The notes under the pieces: model-generated
Databases searched by the model: none
Told to the model about the DNA's origin: nothing
What the model saw: only the letters and a program-made list of their open reading frames with translations
Shown: piece by piece, positions 25,201 through 38,578 of the stretch
Numbering within the stretch: position 1 is the stretch's first letter
How the letters are laid out: every line of letters begins with the position of its first letter
Assembly (NCBI GenBank): GCA_047495785.1
Contig: JBLDXI010000024.1
Span: 248,001 to 312,000 of the forward strand
Reading direction: 5' to 3'
Origin: Lepidodermella squamata
Lineage: Eukaryota > Animalia > Gastrotricha
DNA: 64,000 nt
Position numbers and translations under genes: made by a program

Positions 25201-27239
25201 ATCATATTTGCAACCGATTTAATTGAACAAGTTAGAACTAGTGTTCTTTTACAGCTTAGATGCCTGTCCCAATATTTCAATTAGTTCAAAGCTGGTCAAA
25301 ACTGGTCAGATAGTACGAGCACCAGCAATGCTGCAAACTTGTTAGCCCTTGGGGCTTAGGTTTCTTCTTCTTTGAGCCGGCGTCGTAAAGCAGCAAATCA
25401 CACACTCATAAAAGCTCCACGTTAAGCTTCCAACCCCCATTCATGCATAGAATTTGTTGAAAAAATTGAACAAAAAATCCATCCAACAGATACCTATCTG
25501 ATATCTGTCTCTTCAACAACTGAATCTTTTTTTTTTAGCTCTTTTCCTTCCGTTTGTAATGATAGCACCAGATGATTCAACCAGACCGACGATTGAAATG
25601 TGGATTTTTTCTATCATTTATTTACTGTTTACCACTTTTCCTGTAAAACCGACTAAATTTTAACACTGCATGAATTTAACAGGCCAGCTTTTCCTCGTAG
25701 AAGATTGTTCCCAAGTATTATGTCCCAAGACTGCAATGCGTTCTTCCTCAAGCGCTAAACAAATAAATAAAAATTATTGTCGATTAATAGGGCACCCATT
25801 CAGGACCTGTAATTATATACGCAGGTAATAACCGCAAAAAGCTCTTGTAAAACAGATCTGAGCTGCGTCTATGATTCTGTTCGGAAGGGGATGCTATTAT
25901 CTGAAGATTTTCAGGTGAGCAAACACGTTTTTGAGGTATAACACGGGCTATTAGACTGTTTACCAGCAAATCATTTGCTGCAAAAAACGTAACCTCGTGC
26001 GTATTCGCCTCAAGTAGGCAGCAGAAGCACTTCCGGGCGGAACCAGGTATAAAATGATATAATAAATAATGCATTAAATGGAAACGAGCAACATTGGACA
26101 CATCGGGTGCTCGTAGGCCCTCCGCCAGCCTATTCGAGAGCAATTATTTTTCACCTATTGGAACGGTTTCGGTGCCAATGTAATAAAGCAGCGATTCATA
26201 TCTGCTTCACCAGTACATCCTAAAAGGTTTTTTAGCCGGATACGCGTATTTTTTCTAAGCATATTTGCTTTATTTCAGGATTTTATGAATTATTACTTGA
26301 CATTTAATTCCAAGAAAGTACACATTGGTTGGTGATGGCATGTAATGGAATAGGTGAGTTCATACTAAATTTTATTGCATATTTTTTCGCTTTCCGCAGT
26401 ATATTGCGCAGGCAATCGATACTGTTTCATTGAATCGTTAGAGCTAGAAACAGGTTTAGATTCAAGTTTTATAAAGCTATAGGAATTAGGAGCGACTAGC
26501 TTTTATTAAGGCCTCGTCATCGATTACCCATCTCCACGCGTAATTTTTGACACTAGTATATAAAAAAACATATCAAGCCTAAGCCGTCAATAAAAGTACC
26601 AGTTTGTCTTTGCCGCCATGACTGTTTTATGAACCGGCGCACTCTACTCTATTAACGTGATAAAGTGGATGGGAGCCGGCGAAGTCATCGTTTTCGGTGT
26701 TTGCTTAGCCAGCCGCGGCACCAAAGCAGTGCGAGAGCCAAGCGACGAGCGAGCGTGACGAGCGATATGTCACCGATTGGCGATAAGATATGCGCGGTTG
26801 ATTGGTGATAGAGAAAGACTAGTCATACCCACGTTTTTCCTTTTCATTAGTTCGAATCTCATATAAAAAAGCAAGTATTTCCCCATGAATAGGTAATAAT
26901 GTTATTATCGATAATATATAAATAAAGCAGGCTCTCGCTAAACTTCCACCCGCTTCCCCATTTTTCTCGGAAAAAACAAGGATAGGTTTACTACGATAAT
27001 ATAGCAGAATGTTTTGACTGAAATGCCGCTTGTTGTAGTGAAAATGCGAGCCAAACGATGGGGGTGTACTTTTCATGAGTAGTAAATGATATCTTATCCA
27101 CAACCATACGGCGCTTTCCCATGCTTTGCTATAGGCAGTGTATGAAAGCTGATTATAAGCACCACCGTGACTATCGAATAGAGCTCACAATCTTTCAAAT
27201 CATGTTTTGCATCTTTGTTTATCTTTCTCATCCTTATAG

Positions 27240-29636
27240 ATGAGTTTGGCTGGAAGTTCGACTCCATGGAACGTCGAATTTTCGTCAACGCTGCAGCCAG
27301 GCTCGAATGGTGGAAGTGTTAATAATTTTACGTCATCTCTCCTGTTAGTCAACAGCCTAATATCAACAATCAATTCAACGCAAGCAATGGACTATTATTC
27401 CTATACACCATTGATGGTTGTAAGCGAGCATCCCCTGCTCAGCGAAGAGCCCCTTTGCAGAGCCCGCCGAGAGATCAACGCGACTGAAGATAACTACAAC
27501 ATGGGCCGAAGCCTATTCAATGCGCTGGCGTGTTGGAAATGTGCCAGATACCTAGGTTTTAACACAAATATGTCGAGATTCGCCGACCCAAAAAATACTA
27601 CCGATCTTCAAGTTACATGCGAAGAATTAAGCTATTCAGAACTGGAATGTGCGAGGTATTGAATACATCAGGGCTAATTCGAGGAGTAATTTTTTTTTAA
27701 TTTTAAGATGGATGACGTGCTGCACTGACGCTGCCGATTGCTGTGATCAGCAAGTCAGCCATCAGCTGAGTCCAGCTATAATCAAACCCAATGCACAGTG
27801 TCCTATTGTTTGGGATGGCTTTGGCTGTGTGCCACTGACTTCAGCCGGTCAAACTATTGGCGTCCCTTGCCCTGCGTTTATTTATGAAGATAACGAGCAA
27901 GGTAACACCATTGATAGAATTTCCGAGTTTCGTCTTATCTCGATTCTCTATAATAGGACCCTTTCAGGTGTTCGCTCCTAAAACTTGCAGCAGCAATGGC
28001 GAGTGGGAAATGTACCCTGATAAAGGTGGCGAATATACCGATTATTTACGATGTGCCGATGACCATCAGCAATGGGTTTGAAAAGCTTAAAATCACGCTT
28101 ATTCATCATAACTTTTAATTTTTATGAAGGTGCAAGAGCTCAATAATTTCAAGATAATTTGCGAATGCATTTCGGTAGTAACATTGGCAAGTAGCATTTT
28201 CTGCTTCATGTATTGCAAGTAGGTTTCCTATCATTTTCCTGAACCCTTGAACTTCATCTGGTTGATATTAGGCAACTTCGAAGGCAACCTGCTTACCGAG
28301 TTCACACTCAAATGTTTTTAGCCATGCTTCTCTACACCATCAGCTGCCTGTTGAGGGAAACTATCGTTAACTATTTCACGCAAATGAACTACTTTCCGGT
28401 GAGCTGAACCTAAATGCACCTAAAAATTGGTTAGTGAAACCATTATTTCAGAGCGGTTGTGAAGCTATCACTGTTTTGGTACGGCTATTCATGATCACTG
28501 CATACAGCGCTATGTCTGTCGAAGCTTTTTACCTCCACTGGAACGTCGCCATAGCGTTCAACCCACTCCGGAGGCTTCGAGTTCTCTTTGCCGTGGGTTG
28601 GTCCGTTCCTGTCGCTATAATCGCTGTCTATGTCCCACTGCGCATTGTCTATGGGGAAGAGGAATACGGCTCATTTTGCTGGATAAAACCTTGGGGGAAC
28701 TTTGAGTTCATAATCTATGGTCCCAATTTCGCCTGCCTCGCATTAAATATAGCTTTCCTGATCAGTCTTTTATTCATCACTTGCCGACTGCAGAACGTCC
28801 ACAGCAGCGTCAGCATCGGCGGCGGTGGCAATAACCAGCGTCGACGGGCTTCCATTCGGCCTTGCGCCGCATTGCAGCGCCGGGAGTTTCGCGCAATGAT
28901 TACGTTCACGTTTCTGTTCGGCTTACCTCAAGCCCTTGTTCTCATACGGCCAACAGGCCTCACTGGTGTAGGCTTCAAAATCTATGAAATGACCTCAGTG
29001 GCTTTGCAAATGCTTCAAGGTGCTTTCGCTTCAATCCTCTTGTGCTATCTCAACACTGACGTGCGTGCGATTTTCTTCCGAACTTCGTTGGGGTTCAAAA
29101 TCAACCGCGAACGCGAGAGGTACGTCAGCATGGCCAGCAATATTTCCACCCGAGTTCGCAGCAGCGTGGCCTTTGAGCGGCGTTCGGTGGTGCGGCTGAG
29201 CCGTCAGAAAAACCGGTCCAGTGGAGACAGCAACGTCAGCGGAGAGATGACCCCTCTCAATGAGGCGCGCTCACCTTCTGGCAGCACAAATGCGAAAATT
29301 ACACATTCGACTTACAAACATAACGGAGCAGCGGGTCGCATGAATCGAAGTTCTCAGAAATTGTCGTCAGTAGCTAGTAGCGGGGCTGCGACGCCAGCTA
29401 GTTCGAGCTATCGGAAACGAATTAGCGGTGAGAACAACAATGTTAGAGATCGATTGAGTACGGATACCGAAGAAGTACCGGCAATTCTTATAAACTCGAC
29501 GGAAGTAGCTACTGCCTTGCCTTCGCCTGAAGAAATAGAGCTTGGACCGGTCAGCCGTGAAATTAACGAAGGCGGTGAGATCCCGGTAACTGTTCCGTCT
29601 CCACTGGAAGTGGGTCCTCGTGACGCGGAGTGCTGA
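27240..29636 (+). CDS. Class B1 (secretin-family) GPCR, calcitonin/CGRP-receptor-like, copy 1
   Basis: Exons approx. 27240-27655, 27708-27901, 27968-28075, 28130-28218, 28272-28398 and 28452-29636. Hormone-binding domain: CPIVWDGFGCVPLTSAGQTIGVPCP...KTCSSNGEW...EYTDYLRC. 7TM motifs: YRVHTQMF, MSVEAFYLH, GWSVP, CWI, LQGAFASILLCYLNTDV. Long Ser/Arg-rich tail. Confidence 0.87.
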
Positions 29637-30150
29637 TTTCCATGCATATTTTTATAGCTGATTCAAATAATCAAAATCCGGCGACAAAAATTCTTCTGCT
29701 TCGCATTTTAGCTAAAATTAGGTGCCTTTGTAAATATTCGACACCAACATGTTTTTTTACCGTGAATTTCGAGAATTTTGTTTGATATCCTCATTTCAAT
29801 TAAATGTCGATTTGAAACGACGACAATTATTCCTATTTTTCGTTTTTTTTTATGTGCAAATTCTGTGATGCAATAAAAATGACAGAAATATTGTTTGATT
29901 TGTGGCAATTATGCGAAGTTGAGACGGTACTTCAAAATCGCGCAGTTGCCGTTTCCCGTGCGCCAACCCCTCGGACCAGTTCAGCTCACGACTTGATAAC
30001 TGCAGCAGCAGTGTATTAGCATAGGCCGATAACATTTTATAATGCGAAAGTGACATGAGTCCAGTGACTATTTATCATTTTCTCTTTTATCTCAAGCTAT
30101 ATATATTCAGCGGACGCATTCTTTAGCTTGAATTTAATAGGGCAATAAGT

Positions 30151-31851
30151 ATGGTCAATACTACAGGCTTATGTCGCACCCGAATGACACCGGAGTTGCC
30201 GAACCCTTACCTACCTCAGAACGACTTCAATTTGCACTCGGCAATAAAATGTCTCGTTTATCTTCAAGTCAACGTGAACTTCAACGCGACTATCGATTTC
30301 GATCCTCAGGTTGAACCCCAGCTTGACGATTTTTGCAAGACAGCTGAAATACCTGAGGCCGATTGCTCGAGGTGAGATGAAATAACTTGAGGCTATTAAG
30401 CAAATCAATATTGAACTCCAGGTGGAAAAGATGTTGCCAAGGTGCCGTGGCTTGTTGCCTGAAACAGCTTGAAATGACCCCCGCGTCAAATCATTGTCCT
30501 GCAACTTGGACTGGAGTTGGATGCGTCGATTCTACTCCTGCGGGCTCATCGGCAGACGTGTCTTGCCCTGGTTTTCTAGGAGGTATGTCAACTTCCATCC
30601 CAACTGATATCCTGATTTGAACTTTTTCATGAAAAGCCGATCCGAATCTCGGCATTTATGCCCACAAAGTCTGCCTCGAATCGGGCGATTGGTACAGTAT
30701 CAATGGCAGTGAGTACACTGGCTATCGAAAATGTAAGGAGGAAAGCGAATCTTGGGTAAGAGAATGTTGATGATTGATGTTTTATTCATCATCTCCGCCT
30801 TCAGGATTATAACTTGGTCGTTTTAAAAGCTGTGTTCGAATCGATCTCAATTTTCAGCCTCGCTATCAGCATTTTGACTTTTGTGTATTCCAGGTGAGAT
30901 TATTCCCAGCATTTCTAAGGTAGTTATGGTTTTGATTTTACTAGAAAGCTATATCGAACGCCGCGATTAGCAGCCAAGTACCGAATTCACTCTTACACCT
31001 TTCTCGTGATGCTGCTACATTTCATCTTTTTGCTTTTGGGAGAAGTCATATTCTTCCTGGCTCCGTCGTCTGACGGAGAGGAATTTCCAAGTCTGGTAAG
31101 AAAGAAACCTTTACCCCTTATAGCTGAAAAGCGATTGCTCTTACTTCCCTTTGGATAGCCTGGTTGCGAAGTTCTAGCAATGCTGATCAGATTTTTCATG
31201 AATTTCTCTTATTGCGCTATGTCTGTTGAGGCGTACTTTTTGCACTGGAACGTCGCATATACTTTCGACGCAATCATGAAACCTTTGAAATACATGCTAG
31301 TCGGATTGCTTATTCCCGTGGTGACTAACGCCATTTACATCGGAGTGAGAATATCGTTCTCTTCTGCGGAGTCGAAAGATTGTTGGATTGAGCCGTTCTA
31401 TCCGTATGAATTCATCATATACGGCTTGAATTTTACCTGTCTTGCGTTGAATCTTGGCCTGCTTGTAAATCTATTTCGTGTTGTCGTGAAAATGGAACGA
31501 GAGACCCCGGGCTTCACCGCAACGAGACAGCAGCGCAGACCATTGCGAGATGCTATAAAACGAGCAGATTTTCGTGCAATGATCATTTTTGCGGTCATTT
31601 TCGGTGCTCCTCAGGTGTTGATTATTGTCTCACCGCCTTGGCAGGGAACAGTGTACAAGATTTACCAAGTCACCTCACTCTGCATTCAAGCTCTTCAAGG
31701 AGCTTTTGCTTCAATCGCCTTGTGTTTCCTCAGCGCAGAGGTTCAGCAAGCTTTCAGTAGTACAGGCCTGGCTAAGCTTTGCTTGAGATTACTACGATGC
31801 GACAAAAGCTCCGATCAAAATACTCACGAGCTACGGCCTTTGAGACAATAA
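30151..31851 (+). CDS. Class B1 GPCR, calcitonin/CGRP-receptor-like, copy 2 (tandem paralogue)
   Basis: RWKRCCQGAVACC, CPATWTGVGCVDSTPAGSSADVSCP, KVCLESGDW...EYTGYRKC, YRIHSYTF, MSVEAYFLHWNVA and LQGAFASIALCFLSAEV. Intron positions match copy 1. The start is uncertain. Confidence 0.85.
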
Positions 31852-32687
31852 AAGAGAAAACTTTTGACCAGCGACTTATCATTTTATTTTGAGGAAGTGC
31901 TTTAGCAAAACATACATGCTTAATAATTGAAAATTCTTTTACAACTTGATAGTTTCATGTCATGTTATTCGCATATAAGAATTGCCAGAATATATATATT
32001 TATATGCGATTTTTCAAGTATAATAATCCAGTATTTGAGCATTGCGGCTCTGATCCCATAGCCATGTGAGAAAGGTTAAGTCACCGAATAAATCCCACTA
32101 AGGGAAAATCGGATTAAGTCGAAGCGAACTCAAGGAAAATTTTTGGTGCCGCTATTTACAGAATATTTTTTTCCACCAAAACGAGACGGTAACCGGGCGT
32201 AAATAAGCGAATAAAAACTGCTGTTATAGTCATCAGAGACCAATGGAAAAGACGCCGCGAAAAAAAATTGAAGCACAGTTAACAATTGCTACGGAGCATT
32301 CTTGTTTAACGCAGATTATATATCAAAGCAAAAATTAAAGCTCAAATCATCCATTCGTATGAGACAAGTCAAATAATTTTATGCCTGCTTATACTAGATA
32401 GGACAGCTAGATTGCAGCCATTTAAAGCAAGCTATTTCAGCACCACGATGAAACTAGTAAAAGTAACTGATGTCATGTTACCAGAAATTCTGCCCGTATT
32501 AAAGAGTACGTTTCAGTAAGAAAATGGCAAGTTGGTATCCAACGTAGGGTGTTAATAGATTCAACAACGAAGGTAAAATTCCACGATGCCAAGCACGTGA
32601 TATGTTGCAGCAAATATAAACATTTCCACCATTAATATTACAATGAACCAGACAGAGACTATTGCTGAGAGAAGAAAAGGCGAGCTT

Positions 32688-33372
32688 TCACAGTATAACG
32701 CATTTTGACTTCTTTTTGCCGCTTTTCTTGCCACTTTTCTTTCCAGGCACATTGTTTTCCGCATCATTTTTCTTTAGTTGTATTTCACGGACGATATCTT
32801 CGAAGATTCGTTGGACATTCTGTTTTGTTTTCGCCGAAGTTTCAATATAAGGCACTCCCCATTGCTGCGCTCGCTCTGTAGCTTGCTGCTCGGTGACCTA
32901 TCACATAGTCAGGAATAACAACTCATGAATGAATGTTTTCAATTTTCAAACTTACTTGTCGTTGATCAGATAAGTCACATTTATTTCCGACAAGTATTAT
33001 TGGCACGGTTTCACAGCCTTTGACACGCAACACCTGCTCGCGGAAATCGGCAGTTTCGCGGAACGATTCGAGATCTGCTAAGGAGAATATTAAAAGGAAA
33101 CCTTCTCCTGTTCTGAAGTAGTGATCGCGAATGCTGATATAACTTTCTTGACCGGCAGTATCAAGAATGTCGATTTGAACTTCTCTTCCATCGACTACAA
33201 CTTTTTTTCGGTAGGAATCTGCTTTAGTTGGCTCATAGTCTTCTACGAACTCGTCATACATGAATCGCAAAGTCAGCGCCGATTTCCCGACTCCACCAGT
33301 TCCAATTATGATTATCTTGACGGTAACCGGTTGCTGCTGCCCACCAGTAGACTTAGATGATTTGGATGCCAT
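32688..33372 (-). CDS. RALA: Ras-related GTPase Ral, 2 coding exons
   Basis: Exons 33372-32956 and 32897-32688. Motifs GTGGVGKS, the Ral effector loop [27 protein letters not shown] and ETSAK, then a polybasic tail ending in CAAX CVIL. Confidence 0.95.
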
Positions 33373-33871
33373 AATTAATATTAAGGCAACCTATAAAAAT
33401 TGAAATGAAGCATTCTGTAGGAGGTCTCAGGTCTCAGACAATTTTTCATACATTCTCATCACAGGCTACAGTGTATACTAACAATGGACAATGCACGCCT
33501 AAATTCTCGGAAATCATAAATCATACATTAGTGGGTGTGATCAAAAGCCAGCAAAGAAGTTTCGTAAGCGAGAGATAGCTTAACCGGCAGCTAAATAGTA
33601 GTTATCTTTCGTGAAGATGATTCAACACATGAGGGAAAAATCTTAATCGAGAATCGAGGAACAAATGAATAAGCTAATATTGTGGTTATATTTCCTCATG
33701 TATTTTTAACTTGACATATATTTTTATTCTCGGCCTCTCATGTTTGCAGGAAAATGGATATGAAAACAAAATTGACCACTTCAGAGAATTTTTTCTGTTT
33801 GGTGATCTTGACCGATGAGGCTGGCGGAGCGAATTGGGATCGATCTTTTTTCCCCGCACGAAGTTCTTAGC

Positions 33872-33968
33872 GTAAGTGCTGTGCTGACTCACGCCCATGG
33901 CCCATTTGAATCCTTAGCCTAGCAGCTAGCAGTGGCAGAAATATCAGCAGTAGGCGGTATAGGTGAGC
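33872..33968. promoter_or_regulatory. Probable bidirectional promoter and first non-coding exons shared by Ral (-) and UBE2M (+)
   Basis: The genes are head to head. There is a minus-strand donor GTGAGT at 33892-33887 and plus-strand donors GTAAGT at 33872 and GTGAGC at 33963. Both genes have an acceptor 18 nt before the ATG. Inference only. Confidence 0.35.
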
Positions 33969-34578
33969 ATAAGCAAGATCAATTTGTCGGAAGCTGTGAT
34001 GGAGCTGACGAATCTGGTTAGCGCTTTTGGCTTTTGTCCAGAAAAACCGGGAACACAGATTCTAATCTCCCTCCCCTCCTTGCATTTTGAGAACCAACCC
34101 CTTTCCTAGAGCAATCCACGTCGAAGTCACGAGCGCACTTCTCATATATTAGTGAGTGTATTGTGTTCTATTGTTCTGTGTGCATTCCACTCTTTAAAAG
34201 GCTCTGCATAGAGGAGTTTCATGGAGATGATTGCAAAGAGGATTACTGGTCCGCTACTTCACGTTGCAAACGCTTGTATAGCTCAAGCTTATTCTCTTTG
34301 ACCTAACCAAAATGCAATATACTCAGTTACCACTTACCATCTGCTACTGGAAATATGATTTATATCTGATATCAGCGAAATGGCGAGATATCATTGAGCT
34401 AGTTGTCTAACTTTTCTTCTCAATCCTGACTCACACCATAGTCACCATCTTTCATAGCATTGAGGCTTCTCCGAAGTGTCTATTGGCTCTCCGAGTACCT
34501 GCTGTTTTCATACTATCCAAGTCACAGATTATTTGACCCAGTGTATATTGCATTTTCTAGAATATTTATATCTCGGGA

Positions 34579-35106
34579 ATGCTGGGTTTGAAGCGTGGCG
34601 CTGCAGCTGAGAGCAAAGCTAAGCCATCTGGAAATGCGGCTGTTACGCGTGTGCAAAAGGATATTACAGACCTCAGTTTGCCAAGCACCTGCAAAATTGA
34701 TTATCCTAATCCTAACGATTTGCTCAACTTCTATCTGACTGTAAATCCCGACGAAGGATATTACAAAGGTGGCTCCTTTCGATTCAACTTCACGGTTGGG
34801 ACAAACTATCCCTTCGATCCACCAAAAGTAAAATGCGAAACCGCTGTATTTCATCCAAATATCGATTACGACGGCAACATTTGTTTGAATATTTTGCGAG
34901 AAGATTGGAATCCCGTATTAAGTATTAGCTCAATAGTCTACGGTCTTCTCAACCTCTTTCATGATCCTAAGCCTGAAGATCCACTCAATAGAGAAGCTGG
35001 TGAACTCTTACGAACCAATCCTCGGCATTTCGAACAAGTTGTGTACAAATCTATGCGTGGTGGATTCATTGGCGAGCGCTACTTCGAGCCCTGTGTTAGG
35101 CGCTAG
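34579..35106 (+). CDS. UBE2M: NEDD8-conjugating enzyme Ubc12, intronless CDS
   Basis: [62 protein letters not shown] and [15 protein letters not shown] match UBE2M along its full length. Confidence 0.95.
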   Translation: MLGLKRGAAAESKAKPSGNAAVTRVQKDITDLSLPSTCKIDYPNPNDLLNFYLTVNPDEGYYKGGSFRFNFTVGTNYPFDPPKVKCETAVFHPNIDYDGNICLNILREDWNPVLSISSIVYGLLNLFHDPKPEDPLNREAGELLRTNPRHFEQVVYKSMRGGFIGERYFEPCVRR

Positions 35107-35936
35107 TCAAACCAATCAGTTCAGAGTTGCTGCATCAGTTTGCTGTTTCAATCAAACACAATGTTGCAACTGCGCAGATTTTATTACTTCACTTGCTAAA
35201 TTTTGCCTGTGTTAATCAATTGTAAATATGACATGAATGTGCAGCATCCTGTCCTCGCCTCTGCAGTGCTTTTTACCGGCTATATTTTTTAGCTATACGT
35301 ATATATGTGTTCTCGCTAGCGACAACTCGTTCATTCAAGGTTCAACCTTGGCTCGGTGGCCGATCCATCTCTTCTCTTTTATAGGCGTTGACAATGAAAA
35401 TTCGAGCTGACTTGAATGAACAATTGCTTTACATTTTAGCCTTATTGTTGTTATTGTTGTTATTCAAATTTTACTATCAAATGGCGAAAATGGAAGTGTA
35501 AGTTTCTGTTTTTTAAATCATAATGGTAAAATGACTTCATCGATTTTAAGAATCATCCGATTGCCGATGAAGTCCGAATTCGAAGCTCAAATTGTTCGAG
35601 ACTCGATTAGCGCTGATCCTGAGTCAAAGAAGAGCGGATGCAAACGTGAAATTTGGACTGAAAATTGCGAAGCTGTTGCGTGAGTATTCCTTCTTAAGAC
35701 CTAAAGTAAAATAATTTCTTCCAAACGGCTAGAAAAATCGCCGCTGACGACATTCCAACGCTTCGAGTTGCTGTGAATTCTTTCTTGTCACTTGTTAATG
35801 TTTCTTTCCAAACGCTATCTTTTTGTAAAAAACTTTCGAGCGGAGAGAACGAAGCTTAGGTGATTTGACCATACGATGAACTAGATTTATTTTCAATTTT
35901 CCATATTTTACTTATTTGTAGTAATTTTTTATCGAG

Positions 35937-38408
35937 ATGACTGATATTATGGAAGGGGTTCAACTTGAGGACGGCGAAATAATAACCGCCGTTGATGACC
36001 AGAAGGCTTTGAACAAAGAGCAAAACGACGATAAAAAGCCGGAAGGAATCAAGCGGAAAAGATCCAAATCTAAGTCACCTCGTCGTCGGGAGGAGAAGGA
36101 CGAGAAGAAAAAGGCGAAGAAACACAAGAAGGAGAAAAAACATCGGCATCACCACAAACGTAAACGCAGCCATGGAAGCGACAAAGACAGCGAAGATGAG
36201 CAGAAGCCGGCCGAAAATGGTCAGAATGGCCAGAATGCCGCTGATAATGACGATGCCAACAAAGGCAAGCGAGTTCCTCTTTCTCTCGAGGAGTTGCTAT
36301 CGGCGAAAAAAGCGCAAGAAGCCGCTGAAATGAAGCCTAAATTCTTGACCAAAGAGGAACGCGCTGCTCTCGCCATTCAACGCCGCCAAGCATTGATTGA
36401 AGCTCAACGACGGACTGCAGAAGAAGAACGCAAGAAGCAGATCGACTTTGTAAAGAAAGCTCATATCAGTAAGTTGATCAAGATGAAATTATTACAATAA
36501 TGAAATTTGACTTTGACAATAGGTGAACATCATTCCATCCGCGACCGTGACCGTGACAGAGATCGCGAACGGGATCGTGATAGAGACCGAGAACGTGACC
36601 GCGATCGAGATCGTCGTGATAAACCAGCGAGTTCCGAGGCGGGTCCTTCAGACATTGTGATCGACGAAAAGGCTGCTCAAGCTCTTAAGGAGCGTTATTT
36701 GGGCAAAAAACGAGCTGGAAGGAGGTACAAACGCCTACACGAGCGTAAATTTGTGTTCGACTGGGACGAACACGAGGACACAAATGTTGATTACAACCCG
36801 TTATACAAAGAGCGCCACCAAGTTCAATTTTTCGGCCGTGGCCATTTTGGCGGCATCGATATCAAAGCTCAGAAAAAGGAGGCGAAATTCTACCAGGAAA
36901 TGATGGAGAAACGTCGAACTACCGGTGAAAAAGACCAGGAAAAGAAGCGCCTTAAATCTGTAACTAATCGCGAGGCGAAACAGAAATTCGACGATCGCCA
37001 CTGGACTGATAAATCGCTCGAGGAAATGACCGACCGCGACTGGCGTATTTTTAAGGAGGATTACAACATCACATGCAAGGGAGGTCGAATTCCGAATCCG
37101 TTCCGAAACTGGGGTGAAATGAATTTGCCACCAGAAATTATGGAAATCATTAAAAAACTGGGCTATAAAGAGCCGTCTCCTATTCAGCGAGCTGCCGTCG
37201 CGATCGGTCTTCAAAATCGCGATGTCATCGGCGTTGCCGAGACAGGTTCGGGTAAAACGGCTGCTTATTTGATTCCGCTACTTATGTGGATCCAGTCGCT
37301 GCCGAAACAAGACCGGCAGCTGAATTATGTCGACGATGAAGCAGGCCCTTACGCAGTTATTCTAGCTCCCACTCGCGAGTTGGCCCTGCAAATCGAGGAA
37401 GAAACGATGAAATTTGGCAAACCACTCGGTTTAAAGACTGTCGCGGTCATCGGTGGTATCTCCCGCGAAGAACAGGGCTTCAAATTGCGCCAGGGTTGCG
37501 AGATCGTCATCGCAACCCCTGGTCGTCTCGTCGATGTACTTGAAAATCGGTATTTAGTCCTATCTCGTTGCACCTACGTAATTTTGGACGAAGCCGATAA
37601 GATGATTGACATGGGTTTTGAGGTGGACGTTCGTAAAATTTTGGATGCTATGCCGGTTTCAAACACGAAGCCTGACACCGAAGACGCGGAGGATGAGGAG
37701 AAATTGAAGCAGAATTTCTTCACGAAGAACAAGTACCGCTTGACTTGCATGTTTACAGCTACAATGCCCGCCGCTGTTGAGCGTTTGGCTAAGTCATATT
37801 TAAGGCGGCCCGCTGTTGTCTACATTGGTTCTGTTGGCAAACCAGCTGAGCGCGTCGAACAAATCGTTTACATGATGAGCGAAGCCGAGAAGCGTAAACG
37901 ATTGGTCACCATCCTGCAGTCTGGCCAATACGAGCCTCCTATCATTATTTTCGTCAATCAAAAGAAGGGTGCCGATGTTTTGGCGAAGGGTCTCGAAAAA
38001 CTTGGTTTCCGTGCCGTTACGCTGCACGGTGGTAAAGGCCAGGAGGCGCGTGAGTACGCCTTGGGTGCCCTCAAAGACGGTACCAAAGACATTTTGGTGG
38101 CTACTGACGTCGCCGCTCGTGGTTTGGACGTGAAGGACGTGTCGCTGGTTCTCAACTACGACATGGCGAAAAACATCGAAGACTACACTCACCGCATCGG
38201 TCGTACGGGTCGTGCCGGTAAGGAGGGTTGTGCGGTGTCTTTCTTGACACAGGACGATTCGCCGCTTTTCTACGACCTGAAACAACTGCTGCTCCAGTCA
38301 CCGATTTCTACGTGCCCGCCCGAGCTCTCCAACCACCCGGATGCGCAAAACAAGCCGGGTGCGATTGTCCAAAAGCGGCGCAAGGACGAAGTCGTGTATT
38401 TGCAATAA
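35937..38408 (+). CDS. DDX23: U5 snRNP DEAD-box helicase DDX23/Prp28
   Basis: Exons 35937-36468 and 36523-38408 (54-nt intron). Signatures [31 protein letters not shown] and [12 protein letters not shown]. Helicase motifs [17 protein letters not shown] and [12 protein letters not shown] dipeptide repeat at about 36541-36620. Confidence 0.97.
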
Positions 38409-38578
38409 AAACTGCGAAATAAACATTCTAATCACGAATTTTAGTGATACTCTAATAGCTCACGATCTTTTGATGATGAAATAAAATTTCTTAAACCATG
38501 TTTCATCAAGGTGTTTTTTTTAATTCCGGAAAATTATGAGAAATCAAACGGAAAATCTAAATATTTATCTAGGCTATT

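Noticed and set aside
33900-34560. Intronic snoRNA or other RNA genes
   Set aside because: No convincing C/D or H/ACA box arrangement, and no tRNA or rRNA was recognised anywhere in the window. A covariance-model search would be needed to exclude them.
34579-35106. UBE2M as a retrocopy because its CDS is intronless
   Set aside because: The ORF and catalytic Cys are intact, there is an upstream splice acceptor, and no poly(A) remnant or TSD. Neighbouring DDX23 and TAF2 are also intron-poor.
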